Assembly (NCBI GenBank): GCA_000708835.1
Contig: DF237242.1
Location: 45,950 to 109,949, forward strand
Length of the DNA: 64,000 nucleotides
Source of the DNA: Klebsormidium nitens
Taxonomy: Eukaryota; Plantae; Klebsormidiophyceae
Reading direction: 5' to 3'
Position numbers and translations under genes: made by a program. This document shows, piece after piece, positions 22,745 through 36,500 of this stretch. How positions within the stretch are numbered: the first letter of the stretch is position 1; each line of letters begins with the position of its first letter. A model generated the notes under the pieces. That model saw only the letters and a program-made list of their open reading frames with translations. It was not told where the DNA came from and made no database searches.

Positions 22745-25644
22745 AACCCAATCTGGGTTCATGCGGGGAGTTGCCAACGCCCAGTCGAACGGGTTTACTT
22801 CATCAGTGCCTAACAGTCTGAAACGATGGGCGCAGCATCCTTGGAGACAGGAACAAGCTTAGACTAGAGAATTGCCTTGCAAAGACGGTAGCTGAACGTT
22901 GACTGCAAGGGGAACTTTAAGAACGGTTCTTTTCTATTGGAGGGACAAGGGGTCCGTTAGCTGCTACGATCCCTGGGCATATGTCGACCGCAGCGGCATT
23001 CGAAAACCGATCAGAAACATTCTGGAAGGTTGTGGAGTCAATGGAATTTATCTTTGCCCCTCTGAATTGGTGACACGTATGGATGCCAAAACAAAGAAGG
23101 GTTACCGCACTTCTTAGCGTTTGGACGGTGTGGTCAGGTACTGAAGAGACGACTTTAGCTAGCATTAATCTGGCAGTTGAACAAATTAGCCGAGACTTCC
23201 ACAAAGTCGGATCAGTCATTCACTCAGCCTTATCAAATCCAATTGGTTGGCTTCAGCCAGTAGGATCGCGACCCATGACTGAACAAATCGACCAGTCTCG
23301 CTGTCTTCCTTGCCACAGCTGTCTTCGTTGCTGTCACACTCCTGAAAGCAGACTCTGACCAAATCCGGGAGAGATCGATTGATCAATAAGCAGCTTTAGC
23401 TCCACGGATGGATGAAAACAACTTTGAGCAACAATTAGTAAGCCCTGTTGCTGTGTTGCTGACCTGCGATGATTGTCAGCAAAAAGGGAAGCACGATAGG
23501 GTCCGTGTGCCGCAGTGCGGGCAATCTGACAGGCCAATCAATACTTTGATTTGAACCTTACAATCAAGGGCGCTATGCTGACTTGTACACTCAGCCAGAT
23601 ACACAACCACGCGTACGCTTTACGGACCTGCACACCTGGCATCAATTATTCGGCCGAGCCTCACGGTGAGCTGCAATATCCCAACCTTCCCGACCATCAT
23701 TGCCGACGCAAGATTAAAAAGACAATTTGATGACATTGACAAGTGTTTCCAAAACTTGTCCCTGAGTGAGTGATTGACCCGGACTTAGCAGAAACAAGCT
23801 TGCGGACGTAGCGTCACGTGGAGTGACGGACGTGGAGTCAGCGCGAAATGACGTCTGACCACAATCGCCCTGAAAAAAAAGAAAATTAAGGCCGTATGCT
23901 TTTTGTTGGAAAATCTCTAACTTATCCTTATCACAATTTAGCCCTGGCCCACCCTCAAACACCGCTGTGCCGCTTTGGCCGCCGAGACACTCTTTATTGA
24001 AACATTTGCTTCAGATACTCAAGCACTTCCTATGCAAACGAGGGGGTTCTGGGCGAAATCGTGACCATTGTGGTTTTCGAGAGTTCTTTTGCAGTCAGGA
24101 AGAAGACAGAGCGAATGATGGCAAGCGGCTAGCGTCGCCTGACAAAGCGGATCGTTCTGACATTGATAGTAAGATCGGCCGTCGGATCAGGCCAACGCCC
24201 CGACTCGACGCCGTGACGTGTGGGCCACTTTCGCCCCAGCTGTAGTTACTGAAGGTGAAACTAGTGTTGTCGCTCCAAGCTGGTCAACGAGTAAGAAGCT
24301 TCGCAGCATTTGACGAGCGGCATGATAAAGTGACGAGGTAGGGCTCTTGACCCGACTTTCGTATCCGGTCAAACTGGTTGGACAATGAACAGAATTGAAG
24401 GCCCCTCACTGAAATACGTGTCGACGGCATGTGATGTTGGTCAAAGTACAGAAGACAAAAGTTGGGGTGTTCATAGGAAAGCAATCAGATCACACGATCC
24501 ATGCAGCTGGCAACATTGCCAAACACCCCGTCATTCCCATGAGCAACGTTTGCTCGTTCCTTCTTCCAACCAGAAGACTACTATAGCTACCTTCTTCGCC
24601 CCGCAACGTAGAATCCGGCCTCGATGCAAACCCGTCACAAACGCATCGCAAGGAAGTCTATTGGCATGGTGGAGCTGACCTTGCGCCATAGCGGCATTTT
24701 GTGATTTCAAAGGCCATTCACAGACACAAACAAACCCAAACGCAAACCAAGATCCATCATGAAGACTTTACGTACACGGACTAAGACAGCATGGTCTGTT
24801 GAAGATCCGTTCAGTTGAGAATCTATGAATGACCGTTTGTAAGCTCCGGCAGAGTCTAGGTGCATGCGTTCCAGGTGTCGCACGCAAAAACAAGGCGTCA
24901 GGTAACTGAGAGGGCCGTTTAAGCGTCTAGAGTACAGACGGACATCATGGGTGGGGCGGCCGCGGGCCTCGTTCAAAGCCGGGAATAGTTCTGACGCCTG
25001 ATTTTGACCAGATAGCGAGACGAAGACCGGCACTAGCGATGCTTCTCCTTGAATGAGCTAGTTTTTTAAAGCCAGCGCAGCTGAAAGAAATGGGAAACAG
25101 GACGGCAATAGCAGGATCATCTCGCTGAGCCAACCATGTTTGCCGGACTGTGCAATGGCTCGGACGGCCGGAAGATTCGAGGACTCCTATAAGCCGGGAC
25201 GTTGAGAACGCTGTTACGCCCTTACCAAGCAGACAATCAAGCCCTCGGAGGAATTTGCTAAGCAGTGCGACTTTGCGTAAGAGGCTTTCCGGCTTCTCGA
25301 AATAAAGATATTAAAAGGGAAGGCAAGCACCGCCTCCGTGCAGAGCCAAGCGTTTTAGACGGGTACTAGGCACAGGATACTCGGACGTCCGGGCCAGGTC
25401 CTACCCGTCACATGTGGGCGACCTTCCGTCCGTCAGGATTGAGCGGATTGTCGCCATCAAAACTGGTCAATAAGTGAGTTAATGGTAGTGAGCACGGCGA
25501 TCCTCTTTCCAACTGCGCCGCATCATCAAAGTGTCAAAGGCGCCGCTACAGTTGGGACAAGCAGAGTACAGCTTGAAGCGGGAAGCGTCAGTGCGCACTT
25601 TGCAGAGTGACGAGAAACGGCCTTTGCAAGCCGGACGGTCCAAG

Positions 25645-27880
25645 ACGTGATCGGACCTTAAAGGCTCTCGACGAGATGCGCAGCGACAGCACAATCGGAA
25701 ACACCGCCGATGAACATGCATTTTGACAAGTCGAGACAAAAACCAGAAGCAGCACGGTCGGCTCATTCTCGAGGGAGAAATCACCTATGAGCAAATCTTT
25801 CTCAATCGATTATTTCGATCACTACCAACCAGCACTTCTTGCGGTCCTCTCGCGGGCCCTTCACGATGGAAGAATCACGATAAGGTTAAAGTTGTAATAC
25901 TCACAGACCCACTAATGCTTTCTCAATCCATCCTTCATTGCCCGGCAAAGTCGCAAAGGAATCCCGTATGCAAACCAAGGACAAGAACAGATTATTAGGA
26001 ACCGCTGGCATTGCGGATCAGCTACGCTTACATGATAACGACAGTCCACAAGACAATAACTCCCGACTCAGTGCCGAACAATAAAGTCGAGAACAGAAAC
26101 TAAGCGAGAGCGCCCTTGCAGAAAGACGGCCCGGCCTGCTTGACAATCGATGCCCTCCGTTTGGACGGACAATCGGAACTCCCCAAGTTGCTTGAAGGTA
26201 CTTTCGCTCAAGTAAGGTCACGGAAAAGGGGAACGACGAAGTGTACCATTACTGCGAGCAATGGCATCGGCCGCTTCAGCCCACGAGTGGCACAAATTCG
26301 GCTTCTGGAATGTAAGAGAGCATCGATCGTCCGACCCCGTCCAAGTCGATTCAGAAAGCTCCTACCAGTGGCACCGGACTCGATGAGCAAACGAGATGGA
26401 TCGTTATGCGGCGGTGACTATTACTGTGTTTTTCATCAATTAGGGAAGCGGGACCAGGATGGAATTAAGCCAGTATACGATCGGCCTGGTAAAGTAGTGA
26501 ATGAGAATCTAGGAAGTCCGACAATGGTGACGTGGAATAAGAAAGGACAGGAAAGCCAGTACGGTGGATTAGAGAAAGGAAAGCAGGAAGTGAGAAGCTT
26601 CTACTGAGCTTCTCAATCCAGTAACATCATTGCCGACAGCAGACAGGCTGATGGGACGAGAAACTGAATTTGACCGTACCCCTGGCCGGGCTCCCGACTC
26701 AGGGCCAGAATCTTATTTCTGTTTAAAGTCTACAGAATCTGGAGGACCCAGAAAGTTTTAAAACCTCCGATCGAAGACACGTCCCTCACAAAAACTTACC
26801 GAGTAAGAAGACGTGTATATAAACGTCCAACTGGCCCACTGTCGAACTGTCTAACATCCACTACGAGAAATATATCGTTTGCAGTTCTCGTAATTGCTAT
26901 ACGATCCCTACTACATACTCGGCACAACCGGTAAACAGGGAATAGAATGAATACAGGGCCTCGGTGAACACGCATCTGAGGCAAATGCCCAGCCAGATCG
27001 TTCAGTATCCGCAAGGTCTCTTTACAGCGGGTAATAAAGCAGACAACGATTGCGCGACCACCTCTGACGTCAGAAAACCAGGCCCTTATCTAACAAAAAG
27101 GTAAGGGGCCAGAAAAGTTGGAGCAGGTCAGTCCAAATGAACGAAGAAAGGACCGGTTTGCATGAGACGCAACCCGACCATGGTGGCTCAGACGCAGCAA
27201 GAAGAAGTGAGCGCCTCCCGCTCAACTTTCTTCCACATCCGAGCCTTGATCCGTCAAGCTACTGAGGAGCGTTGAAAAACTTCAAGTGGCAAACCTCATC
27301 AATCTGGACTGGTGGACCGTGAAGGCCCTTCACGAGATGCGTGGCGAGGGCATGATCAATTGGCAACCAAACGATAACCATGCAGTGAGGTTGATCAAAG
27401 GGAGGCAGCAGGATGGCCGGCATTATATTAATCAACAACCTCGCGAGTGAGCAACACCTGCTCGATCCTTGTTTCACTCATTGCCAACCAGATTTCCAAC
27501 AGCCACCGCATGGATTTCAGGCCTTCTCCGTCCGGCAGCGCATTACGGGCGCAGTATCTTCTGAGCGGGAAACCACGAATTTGCCCAAACCAATACAACC
27601 CGAAGCAAAGAGGCCTAGTAGCTTCAGACGAAAACCTCAAGGGCTGCCATCGCACAATTCTGAGGGAGGCTGTAAGTCACGATTCTGATCAGACTGATCG
27701 GACCTTGAAGGCTCTCCACTGGAATGCATGGCACACCAAAATTCGTTTTGCAGTACGGTAACTCCAACAGAAACACCAGCAATATTATGGCCGGGCATGA
27801 ATCCAGCATTTCCCTCAGTGAGCAACACTTGCTCGGTTCCTTCGCAGTCACTGCCATTCAAAACTAAGCGTTTGCGCGGC
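25645..27880 (+). repeat. Three dispersed diverged copies of a ~200-bp unit (25645-25850, 27305-27500, 27688-27880)
   Basis: GGACC(T/G)T(A/G)AAGGC(T/C)CT motif (RTLKALDEM / WTVKALHEM / RTLKALHWN), followed ~130 bp later by TGAGCAA..CT.CTC, with CCAACCAG in the first two copies. Confidence 0.7.
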
Positions 27881-30800
27881 TTTACGTATACTGCCCGGCG
27901 CAACATGCGAGCAGTACCTCTTAATTCCCCAGCGGAATGATACTTATCGAATCGCGGCGCTGGCACCGGTGAAATCACGCTTATCGACAAGCAGCTGCCG
28001 GTCCAGAAGATAAAAAGTACTCTTCATCTCCAAGAAAAAAAAGCTTTAGACAATCTCTTCGCAGAGGGCCTTTGCAGGGAAATAGCCCGGTCCTCGATTG
28101 CACTGACGCAGTGAATCTGACCATGCAAATGCGTTCAGGTCTCGTTCCGACAAGTTCCGAGTGCATTTCAGAGACTGCAACCACATCAAGCCATTTCAGG
28201 GAACTAGGGGTAGCGCTGCCCCAGCGTTCGAGTACAACAGAGCGTCGATAGTCCGAGCTATCCAAAAGTGAGTCCGGCATGTTCCTTGCGTTCGATTTTT
28301 TGCAACCAACGAAGTAGATTTGTGAGCAGCGGTGATTATGCTTTACGAGCTTGTGACAAGATTACTTGGACCGCACAGCAACTGCAGGACACGGTTGGCC
28401 ACTTGGGTAAACGAAGTGAGGCAGAGAAAATAATTGCAAAGCCAGTATTGTCAGGTCGAGGAGGCAATCGGGGACACTGCGAGTGAAAAGCAACTGCTGC
28501 GCTTCTCATTCTGGAAACCGTCATTACCGGCTGTACTACCATATGAACAACGCGAGGTTGACTCAGTGAATCTGACTGCAAGGCTCTGGGCTATAAGGTT
28601 GACTCGCGTTCTTCAACTTTCCAGTTCCAATGCCAAACAGGCCAGATTGGTAGCAGAGCTTCGAAAGCGGCATGTGCGGTTGCCAGAACGAACGGACTAA
28701 GATTACGATCAGGACCCAATGAAGCACGACGAAACAGCTAGCCCAGTTTTTAGGTACGACTCGGCAATTTGTTCCTTCAAACTGAGCGAGATTCAAGGAC
28801 CGAAGTCGACACGGTTTAACGTCCAAAGACCGAGTGTGGGCAGCTTTGCTGATATCGACTACCTTGAAATCAATGCTGTTTGAATCGGATTTTGAGAGAT
28901 TCAAAAACACCTGCCGTGGCCCCACTAAAAGCAGAGAGGGTGCAACACCTGCGATCTAATTTGAGGACGATCTGCAGCAAACCAGCAAGTAGGAGATACT
29001 AATGCCTCCAAACTAATTTGTGAAGGAAACGAGAACCGAGGCGATGGTCGGAGGTGTGTACATTGTGATCTCAGCGCGACTCAGTCTGAGCGAGAGTGGA
29101 ATTTTATGTAGCGTCCCATTGCTTTAATAGCGACACTACCACAAGGCTTTCCTTTTCAACACATTGTTCGAGAGTGGGCGGGGCTCAAAAGTGTCGGACA
29201 ATTCCAAGACCCACAATTGGCATTTGAGGCTATCACATGAAGCGGAAAAAGCAGATTATAGACTGTAGAGCCCACCTACAAAGGATTCAGGAGATCCCTC
29301 GTTTTCGTCGTCAGGTCTTTTGCGTCTTGCTCAATTTCATTCCAAAGTGCCTAATCCATAAGATCGGACTGGGAGGTCAAGCGCAATGACGGCATAGTTG
29401 AGTCAGTAGACGAACATGCGCTACAAAAGCGGAGACGGGCGACGGCCCCCGCCGTAGAGCCTGGAGCTATAGTCGTCTTCCACAGGACATCAATGCACGA
29501 GGGACCGTGCAATGTTGTGGTTGAGAAGTCGGGTGGAAACTGTAGAATGAGTTGGAATAACCTTCGATGACAAAAGTTACCGCTTCAATCAACCGATCCG
29601 CCAACCGCACACGTCTTAGCAAGCGCGCGTTGATCAACATGTGGAGGTTACGAGAGATTGAAGAGACCACCTCCAGACTGGTGGGACGGACAGACGCGGA
29701 AATGCGAAGCAGTGCACCGCAATTCCAAGCGGTTGGATTGTTAGGGGATCATGAAGCAGGGTTTGATAGTTCGGCAAGCCGGCCAATAAAAGTGACGGTT
29801 GATCCCTCAACTCAATTCCAGCAATCTCCTTCAAGTTGGCATCAGAATCATTACTTGAGCAGAATTGATCAATGTCGCTATCTTCCTTGCCACCTGAGTT
29901 CACGCTTTGAACATGCACACTTCGCAAATCGATTACTTTCTCAGCCTCAGAATAATGCTCATAAGTGAGACACTGGCTAGCACAAGCCTGATAATGATCC
30001 AAAAACTTGGCCGAGAGTTCAAGGCAAGACACAATAGACGGCCGGGACGTTTCTCACGGCCGCAGCAAGCAGCGAATCAGAAGAACAGCAAGGGGATTCG
30101 GAAGAAAGCAGAGGGATTCAGAAGAATAGCCAAGGGAATGTCTTCTCCAAGGTGGTTAGACGGAAGTTTTGGTGAGGTGCAAAACCGCCGGGCTCCCCGC
30201 AAAGAGCGGAATAGAAGCGCTTAAACGTAACCAAGAACCAGAGGCACGGGAACGGCCAACGCCGCTCAGCTTGGCTTCACGTACCCACCTTGTAGCACAG
30301 GTCTCAACACGTTACGCGAATCTAGAATGTTATCAAGGATGCGCGACTTTGTCGTCACAAAAACCTAGCAACGCACAACCGTGACAGCGTCAGCCGGGCT
30401 ACCAGAGTTCATCTTGAGCACACCGGTGCCCACTGGAATCCACTAGCATCAGAGCTGCCGCCTCGACCAACTCCACAGCTGTAAGCCCGGCCTTCAGGCC
30501 TTCAAGCGAAACCGACAAAGGTTTCAGACGACCTTAACAAGTCCAGGATGTCAACGGATATTTGACAAATAGTCTCGCTCCATGTGGAGGAAGTTCACGC
30601 TCACGGGCCAGGCAACCGTGGACTTGTTCCCAGCCGCCAGTGAAACCCTATGGCAAAGTCTTGTCCACCACTAAGCAATCACTGTTGACAGTAAGTATCT
30701 ATCCGCTATCCACTGTCACTTCTGGCCTTGTTCTGAAGTCACAAGTTTTGACGGCACATATTGACCATTCGGTGCAGCGAGAAATGACAAATATCTTGCC

Positions 30801-31866
30801 CCTTCGACGTTGCGGCAAAAGAAACGTCAGACGCCTGCATTAGCATCAACAAGCAGACGTCTTTTCACGAGTGCGACTAGTAGTGGCACGCGTAATTGTC
30901 AGAAAAGTTTCAAAAGGTCGAATGTCTTGGCACACGTCGGGCTTCGAGAACGTGAGGCACTGTTCAGACGGAGGCATTTGGAGATGGAAAAGAAGGATAT
31001 CCTGACCGAATGTCTTTAAGCTCGCAAAAGCTGACTCAATGCTGTCCTTCGAACGTGCGGCCTGGGTTCACTTGATCAACCCACGCCTAAACTATTGTCG
31101 TCCAGAGGGGTTAGCGTGGTCTTGTGTCCATGTCGCTTGGACTGGCAGTCGGAACAAACAATCTGCTGAACTTGAGAGCTCAGCCGTGCTACCTTTTGAA
31201 TCTTCACGGCCCGAGAGACGGCCTCTCTAACATGCAGGGAGGAGCCTCCGGGTTTGCTTTTGGTTTCCGGCTGCTGACCGCATAGCTCCCATCTGGACTT
31301 GACAGAGAACCACACCACCTGTGTCAACCCCGTTAACCTGCCCATTGATGCGGGAAGAGCAGCGCAGACACACAACGGGTTACCCTTAGTTTTGGTAACC
31401 CCGTTAACTAGCTTAACGACTTGCAGGCAGGGCCACTGACAAGTCGCCACTGGCCACAAGCAGCTCGCTTGACCCCGTTAGCTGGCAAACATCTTTTGGG
31501 TAAGGCTCGGCCCTTCTGAGAGCCTCGGAAACTCGGATCCTTTTCAACCCCGTTTTGGCGGGAGATGGATGTGCCAACTCGCCGCCCACTGGCCGCTTTG
31601 TGGTCAGCAGGGAGACTCAAAAGTGTCACTGGATTTGATGTTTCGCTAACATAATGGTCAAAATTTCAAAACGCTGCAGGTAAGATGAAAAGCACAATGG
31701 ACACGGACTCTAATCTTCGCAATCGACAGCGCCCTGGTGTCTGCTTTTGCACGTGAATCAAACACGTCATAGCTGCTTGCCTTCTACGGGTTGAAGGAGC
31801 CGAACGTGACGAATATACGAGGCATGCAGATGACCGTCAAGCAGAAGCAAGTCAATCACATGACGG

Positions 31867-32814
31867 GTGAAGGAACCTTATCGGAAAGTGCTCGTCATTC
31901 CTATCCTTGGAAGCACGATCTCGTGGGGAACCGCTGTCGCCTTCGCTCAGAAACAACAGACGCCACGAATCCTGGACCTCTCACCAGACGATGTCCGTCT
32001 TGGTGATCCGTTCCGGAATGCACGCGATGAACCATACAGCCGCCGGAGTCACCACAAAGGCACGACGCAAAGAATTTACGGACGACAAGATCACTGGCAA
32101 TCTAGAGGCGCCTTCAAGCGCGAGAGAAGCAGGTTCAAATAGGCTGACGTTCCCACCCGCCAAGCAATCATCACCGCAGTAAGTGATGGGAAGCCGTTGC
32201 AAAAGCGAGCAATCTTGACAAAAACGACCCTTTTTGATAATTGACTCAGAAGTCTAGATGTGTCGAGCTGGCCATCTTAGAAGTAGTGCGGTCTACAGGA
32301 TTGCTTCTGTATTCCGCTTCACGACTCGCTGTTTTTGGCTTCAGAAACCGAAGACAACATCCTGCGCTGGAACGGCGCGGTTCCGTGCACTTCCTTGCCA
32401 AGCACTGCACGACACTCTGTAAAGCGGGATACACGCTCACGAACGTCCAGCCCGCAGTACGGCAAATCAGTCGTTATAACCAAGAAAATTGAGATTCAGC
32501 GACTGCAAATCAGCATGCAGCTGCTGGTAAGGGAAAGGCTTGGGACGCGAACCCAAGTGGTGGATGCTCAACGAGACGGCTGGTCGGAGACCGTGAGCTT
32601 CGCGGGAGTCGTGCATGCATCATGTCGGGAAACTAATCTGGAGACCGTCGACGAGACAATTCACCACAGACTATTGGCTCAGAGCAGCAACTCAGAAAGG
32701 CTCCTTCTGCAGCATATTGCCTCGGAAACAAACGGGCAATATTTGAGATATGTACGTGGTCGATACCCGCAGATACAAGGCACTATCCGGCAAGCAACGA
32801 CGATGCGTATGTAG
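31867..32814 (+). pseudogene. Probable decayed coding sequence, product unknown
   Basis: ORFs 31867-32142 and 32335-32814 share a frame: 316 codons with four internal stops, far fewer than expected for ~50% GC random sequence. Confidence 0.4.
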
Positions 32815-33557
32815 CTACGACTGGCTTCTCAAACTAGATGGTTGAAAACGAGGAAATCTGATCGATAGTCGGGTCTCATCGTGCCCAAACGATCCAACCT
32901 TTGACGGGCATTTTCACCTCCCTGAGCAGGCACAAGCAAGCTTTCAGAAGGATAGGCTGGATCCAGCAGCAACATTTTTCCGAGCTGCCTTGGAACTTGG
33001 GCCGAAAGTCCTTGAGGTGACAGACAAGTGATATTGCCTGGTCACACTAACCATACACCAATCAGCTGCACCTAGTGAAGACAAAGCAGCTGAAAACAGT
33101 TGGCGGAGTTGAATTGAGGCGGGCAAACAAAGAGAGAGAACAAAGCCCCTTAAGACACAGAAGGCAAAATCCATTACCACGCATAAGATGCGGACGCAGC
33201 ATGTCCTGGCTCGAAGAGAGGATTTGTGTGAGCGGATGTTGCTCGTACTCGTCCCGCATCATAGCCTTTGCACCGCTTTGACGACACGCTCTCATAAGGA
33301 TGAAGAACAACCCTGAATCAGTCCATTCAACAGGGAAGGACTCTGCAGCTCAACATAAGCAACAGCATGGCGAAGATCGGGGAAGTTAAAATCAATATAA
33401 TGCATTCAGCAGCATGACCGCATATCACAGGTGAATCAGCCAAGCAAGGCATTTCAGTGGGAGGGCACGGAGACTCGTAGGCTTGCTTCCAACGAAACTG
33501 GCACTTTTCAACTCCCCTCCTGTTTGTAGGTCGTAAACGGGTTCAGCTTGCTCAGCG

Positions 33558-36500
33558 CTATTGACTACCTGACTGCTCAGACTTTTCGAAGTTGATTCTA
33601 ACTTCCGGTGGCGGGGCTCGCGAGGCTTCCAGTATATTTTGCGACCTAGTTTGGATCTCTCTAAGGTACTCTGCTACTACTCGTTGACTATAAGACCCGT
33701 TCTCCTGAAAGAAGGCCAAGGGAAAGGGGATCAAGACGCGACGTTGCTTGCAAAAAAGCGTGCCGAGAGCAACGATAGCCTTAACAACGATTTCAGCAGC
33801 CTTCCAGACCAGTGGCGTTTCCCATTTCGCTTGCAATCGTCACAATATCAAATCTGTGGGGAATACACTCCAGGCAGTCCTGCGCGACTGACTGCGCAAC
33901 TGATTGGTCTAAGAGGAACGCATAAATGCGATCAAAACGGTCTAGTACGCAAAAATGTGAGCAAGCCGGTTTGGGAAATACCTTGAGCCAGATCGAGTCC
34001 AACACCAGCAAATCGGCAGAGGCTTGCCTTGAGACGTTTAAATCACCAGTCGGGACGAAATCTCCAACCCAATACTCGAAAAGCATACGCCCGAGCTTGC
34101 AAACCTTATTTCAGTACCCACAACTCAAACTGTAGCAAAACCAGGACACTAGCTCCACCCACCGTAAAAATTTGGAAGCACGGCACAGATCATCGAACCC
34201 TTCCCCGACCCTATCGATCAAAGTCAGACCTGCAAGGGCCGCGGAGACAAAGTCACGGCTCACCATGTAGAGTATGGAGCGCTCCATCCTGCTTTGGATG
34301 GTGTTGAAGAACTTTTCCTCGTTCAGCTTGCTCTGCGGGAACACAAGGTTCTCTCGCAAAATGGGCTCCCAGTCCTCCACCTCCGCTGCAATGAGAACAA
34401 AAAGCAAAACAGTTAGTACGAAAAGGTGATGTAACTGACAGACTGACCTGACTTTCGACATAGAAGATGCTGTCAAGGACGGCCCCTAGATCTTTACTGT
34501 CGCTTCAACAGAACGAGGAGTCGCATATTGTATCGACAGTCGTCACACAGGGTAGAGAGAAGATATCAGCTGCTTCTGAAGGTGTTGTGCAGTCTTGGTT
34601 GGAATCCGGTCGATATTTGCCGAGTATGCCTCAGCCCTCAGGACTCCAAAGCGTTGAGTCAAGGGGACAGCAGCTTGCGTGAGTTGATATGGATGGCTGT
34701 AACTTTGCCGCAGCATAAAAGCTTGAGACGGCGACCACAAGACTCTCAAGACGGCAGGTCCACATACCCTCCTTATCGGCCTGATAGCGAACTAACACTA
34801 GAGATATCAACAAATCGGAGTAAAAAGCTTGCTCGTCAGCTTAGCTGACAACCCGAATCAGTGTAAACTTGCCGTCAGAAATGAGAGACGGTGCGCCCGG
34901 GGCGACCTGCCCAACGTGGCAGAGTCTGGTTGGTCCACATACCTTTCAAAACTCGTTCGAGGACGGCTTCTTCCGGAGTCTTCTTATCTGCACAAACGTG
35001 AACGAAGCGACTGTTTGAGAGGTGAAGGCTTGGCAAAAGCCTTGGTTCAAGTGAGACAGGAACAGGAACGGCAATGGCGGCCACAACGACCTGTGCACGA
35101 GCGAGTTTCATCAAGAAAGGTCAGAACAGGTTTTGACTTGATTGAAACTTGCGACGAAAGAAGGAGCCAAGCCACAGCGCACACACACAGAAACATAGAG
35201 AGTACCATACAAAGCTTCGTACGAAGACCAGACAACCAGCCGTCTCTTGGTGGACTATATGAAAGCTGCCGGCCTTTGCGCAGCCCCAGAGCGCGAAGAT
35301 GGCAACTCAGTCCGAGTAGGCGAGTCTCCGAAGGGGCAGACGACAAGGTTCAGTTCGTTAAACCCCGAACGGTCTGCGCCTAGTGCCTCACCGTTTCTGC
35401 CTTACTCTTGAAACTGCATAATCGTCTCTGACCGTTGCCCTTATCTCAGACCGAGGTTTCGATGTTTCTGCGGAGTTCTCAGTGGTGACTCGCTAATAAC
35501 ATGGGACTTGTACCCAGTCAAAACTTGAGCACCGAGGTATTCCCCACCTTTGTTGAGGCGGCCCTTGGGGTGTTTAGTGAGGTACCAGCTGGCCCACAGC
35601 TGCATCACCCGCTGGAGGACCGCCAGCATCGACCCCATGTTCTCCTTCTCGACCTGCAAAAAGTAGGAAATCAGAGACATTCAGCACACAGCTTTACGTT
35701 ACCAAACGGTCATTGTTGCGACTTTTCCCGCGAGCCTCGCACATTAACATCGACCCCATGTTTCCTTTTCGACCTGCAAGAGTACAAGTGAAAAGAGACT
35801 TTCAGCAACACAGCATTACCACGGCAAAGTGTCGTTGTCGCGAGCCTCGGACACCCGTATCGGGCCCACACTCTCCTCTTCGACCTGCAAGAGGTATGAT
35901 ATTGACGAAAAAAGCGACTGTCAGCACAACGCTCTACGGCGATGAGGCGCCCCTGCGACTCTTTAAACGAGCTTTGCACACCAGCATCAAGACCATACTT
36001 TAAGTCTCGACCAGCAACAGGTACAGTGAATCAGTGACTTTACGAACACCTCTCTACAGCAATGAGGTGTCATTGTTATGGCTTCTGTCAAAATTCTCTG
36101 TTTAAGCAGACGAGACATCCAAAGAGAAGCCGCTTCCTTTCTCTCTAACTAGCCGCAGAAAGTAGAGCTCGCGTATCTATGGGACTGGCCAGGGACGCCG
36201 ACAAGCGAGAGCTCACAATCGCCTGTCGTCAGGTAAAACGAGCGCTTAGAAGCCCTTCATGATCTGCTTAAGCAAGCACAAGACTACCATCCGCTGCAAC
36301 TCTGACGCCCTTGTTGCATCGGTTATGTGTGACCCGTGTATCTTCTTCTCCCACTTTCAATAAGGTGCTCACTCAGGATTTTCTGTGTCCTTCCGGGGTC
36401 TCCTTGACCGATCAGCAAGGCCCAAGAAGTGGCGGAGCAGACATGCGCTTGCAGAACTGTGGCGAGGCGACTGTCCGAATCTGCTGAGCGATTATGCTCT

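Noticed and set aside
14700-33400. Endogenous giant virus or LTR retrotransposon
   Set aside because: No capsid, polymerase, packaging ATPase, RT, RNase H or integrase motif found by eye, and no LTR pair seen.
35620-36090. CRISPR array or WD40 coding repeat
   Set aside because: The units are degenerate copies of a splice junction of the minus-strand gene; no constant repeat with unique spacers, and the DNA is eukaryotic.
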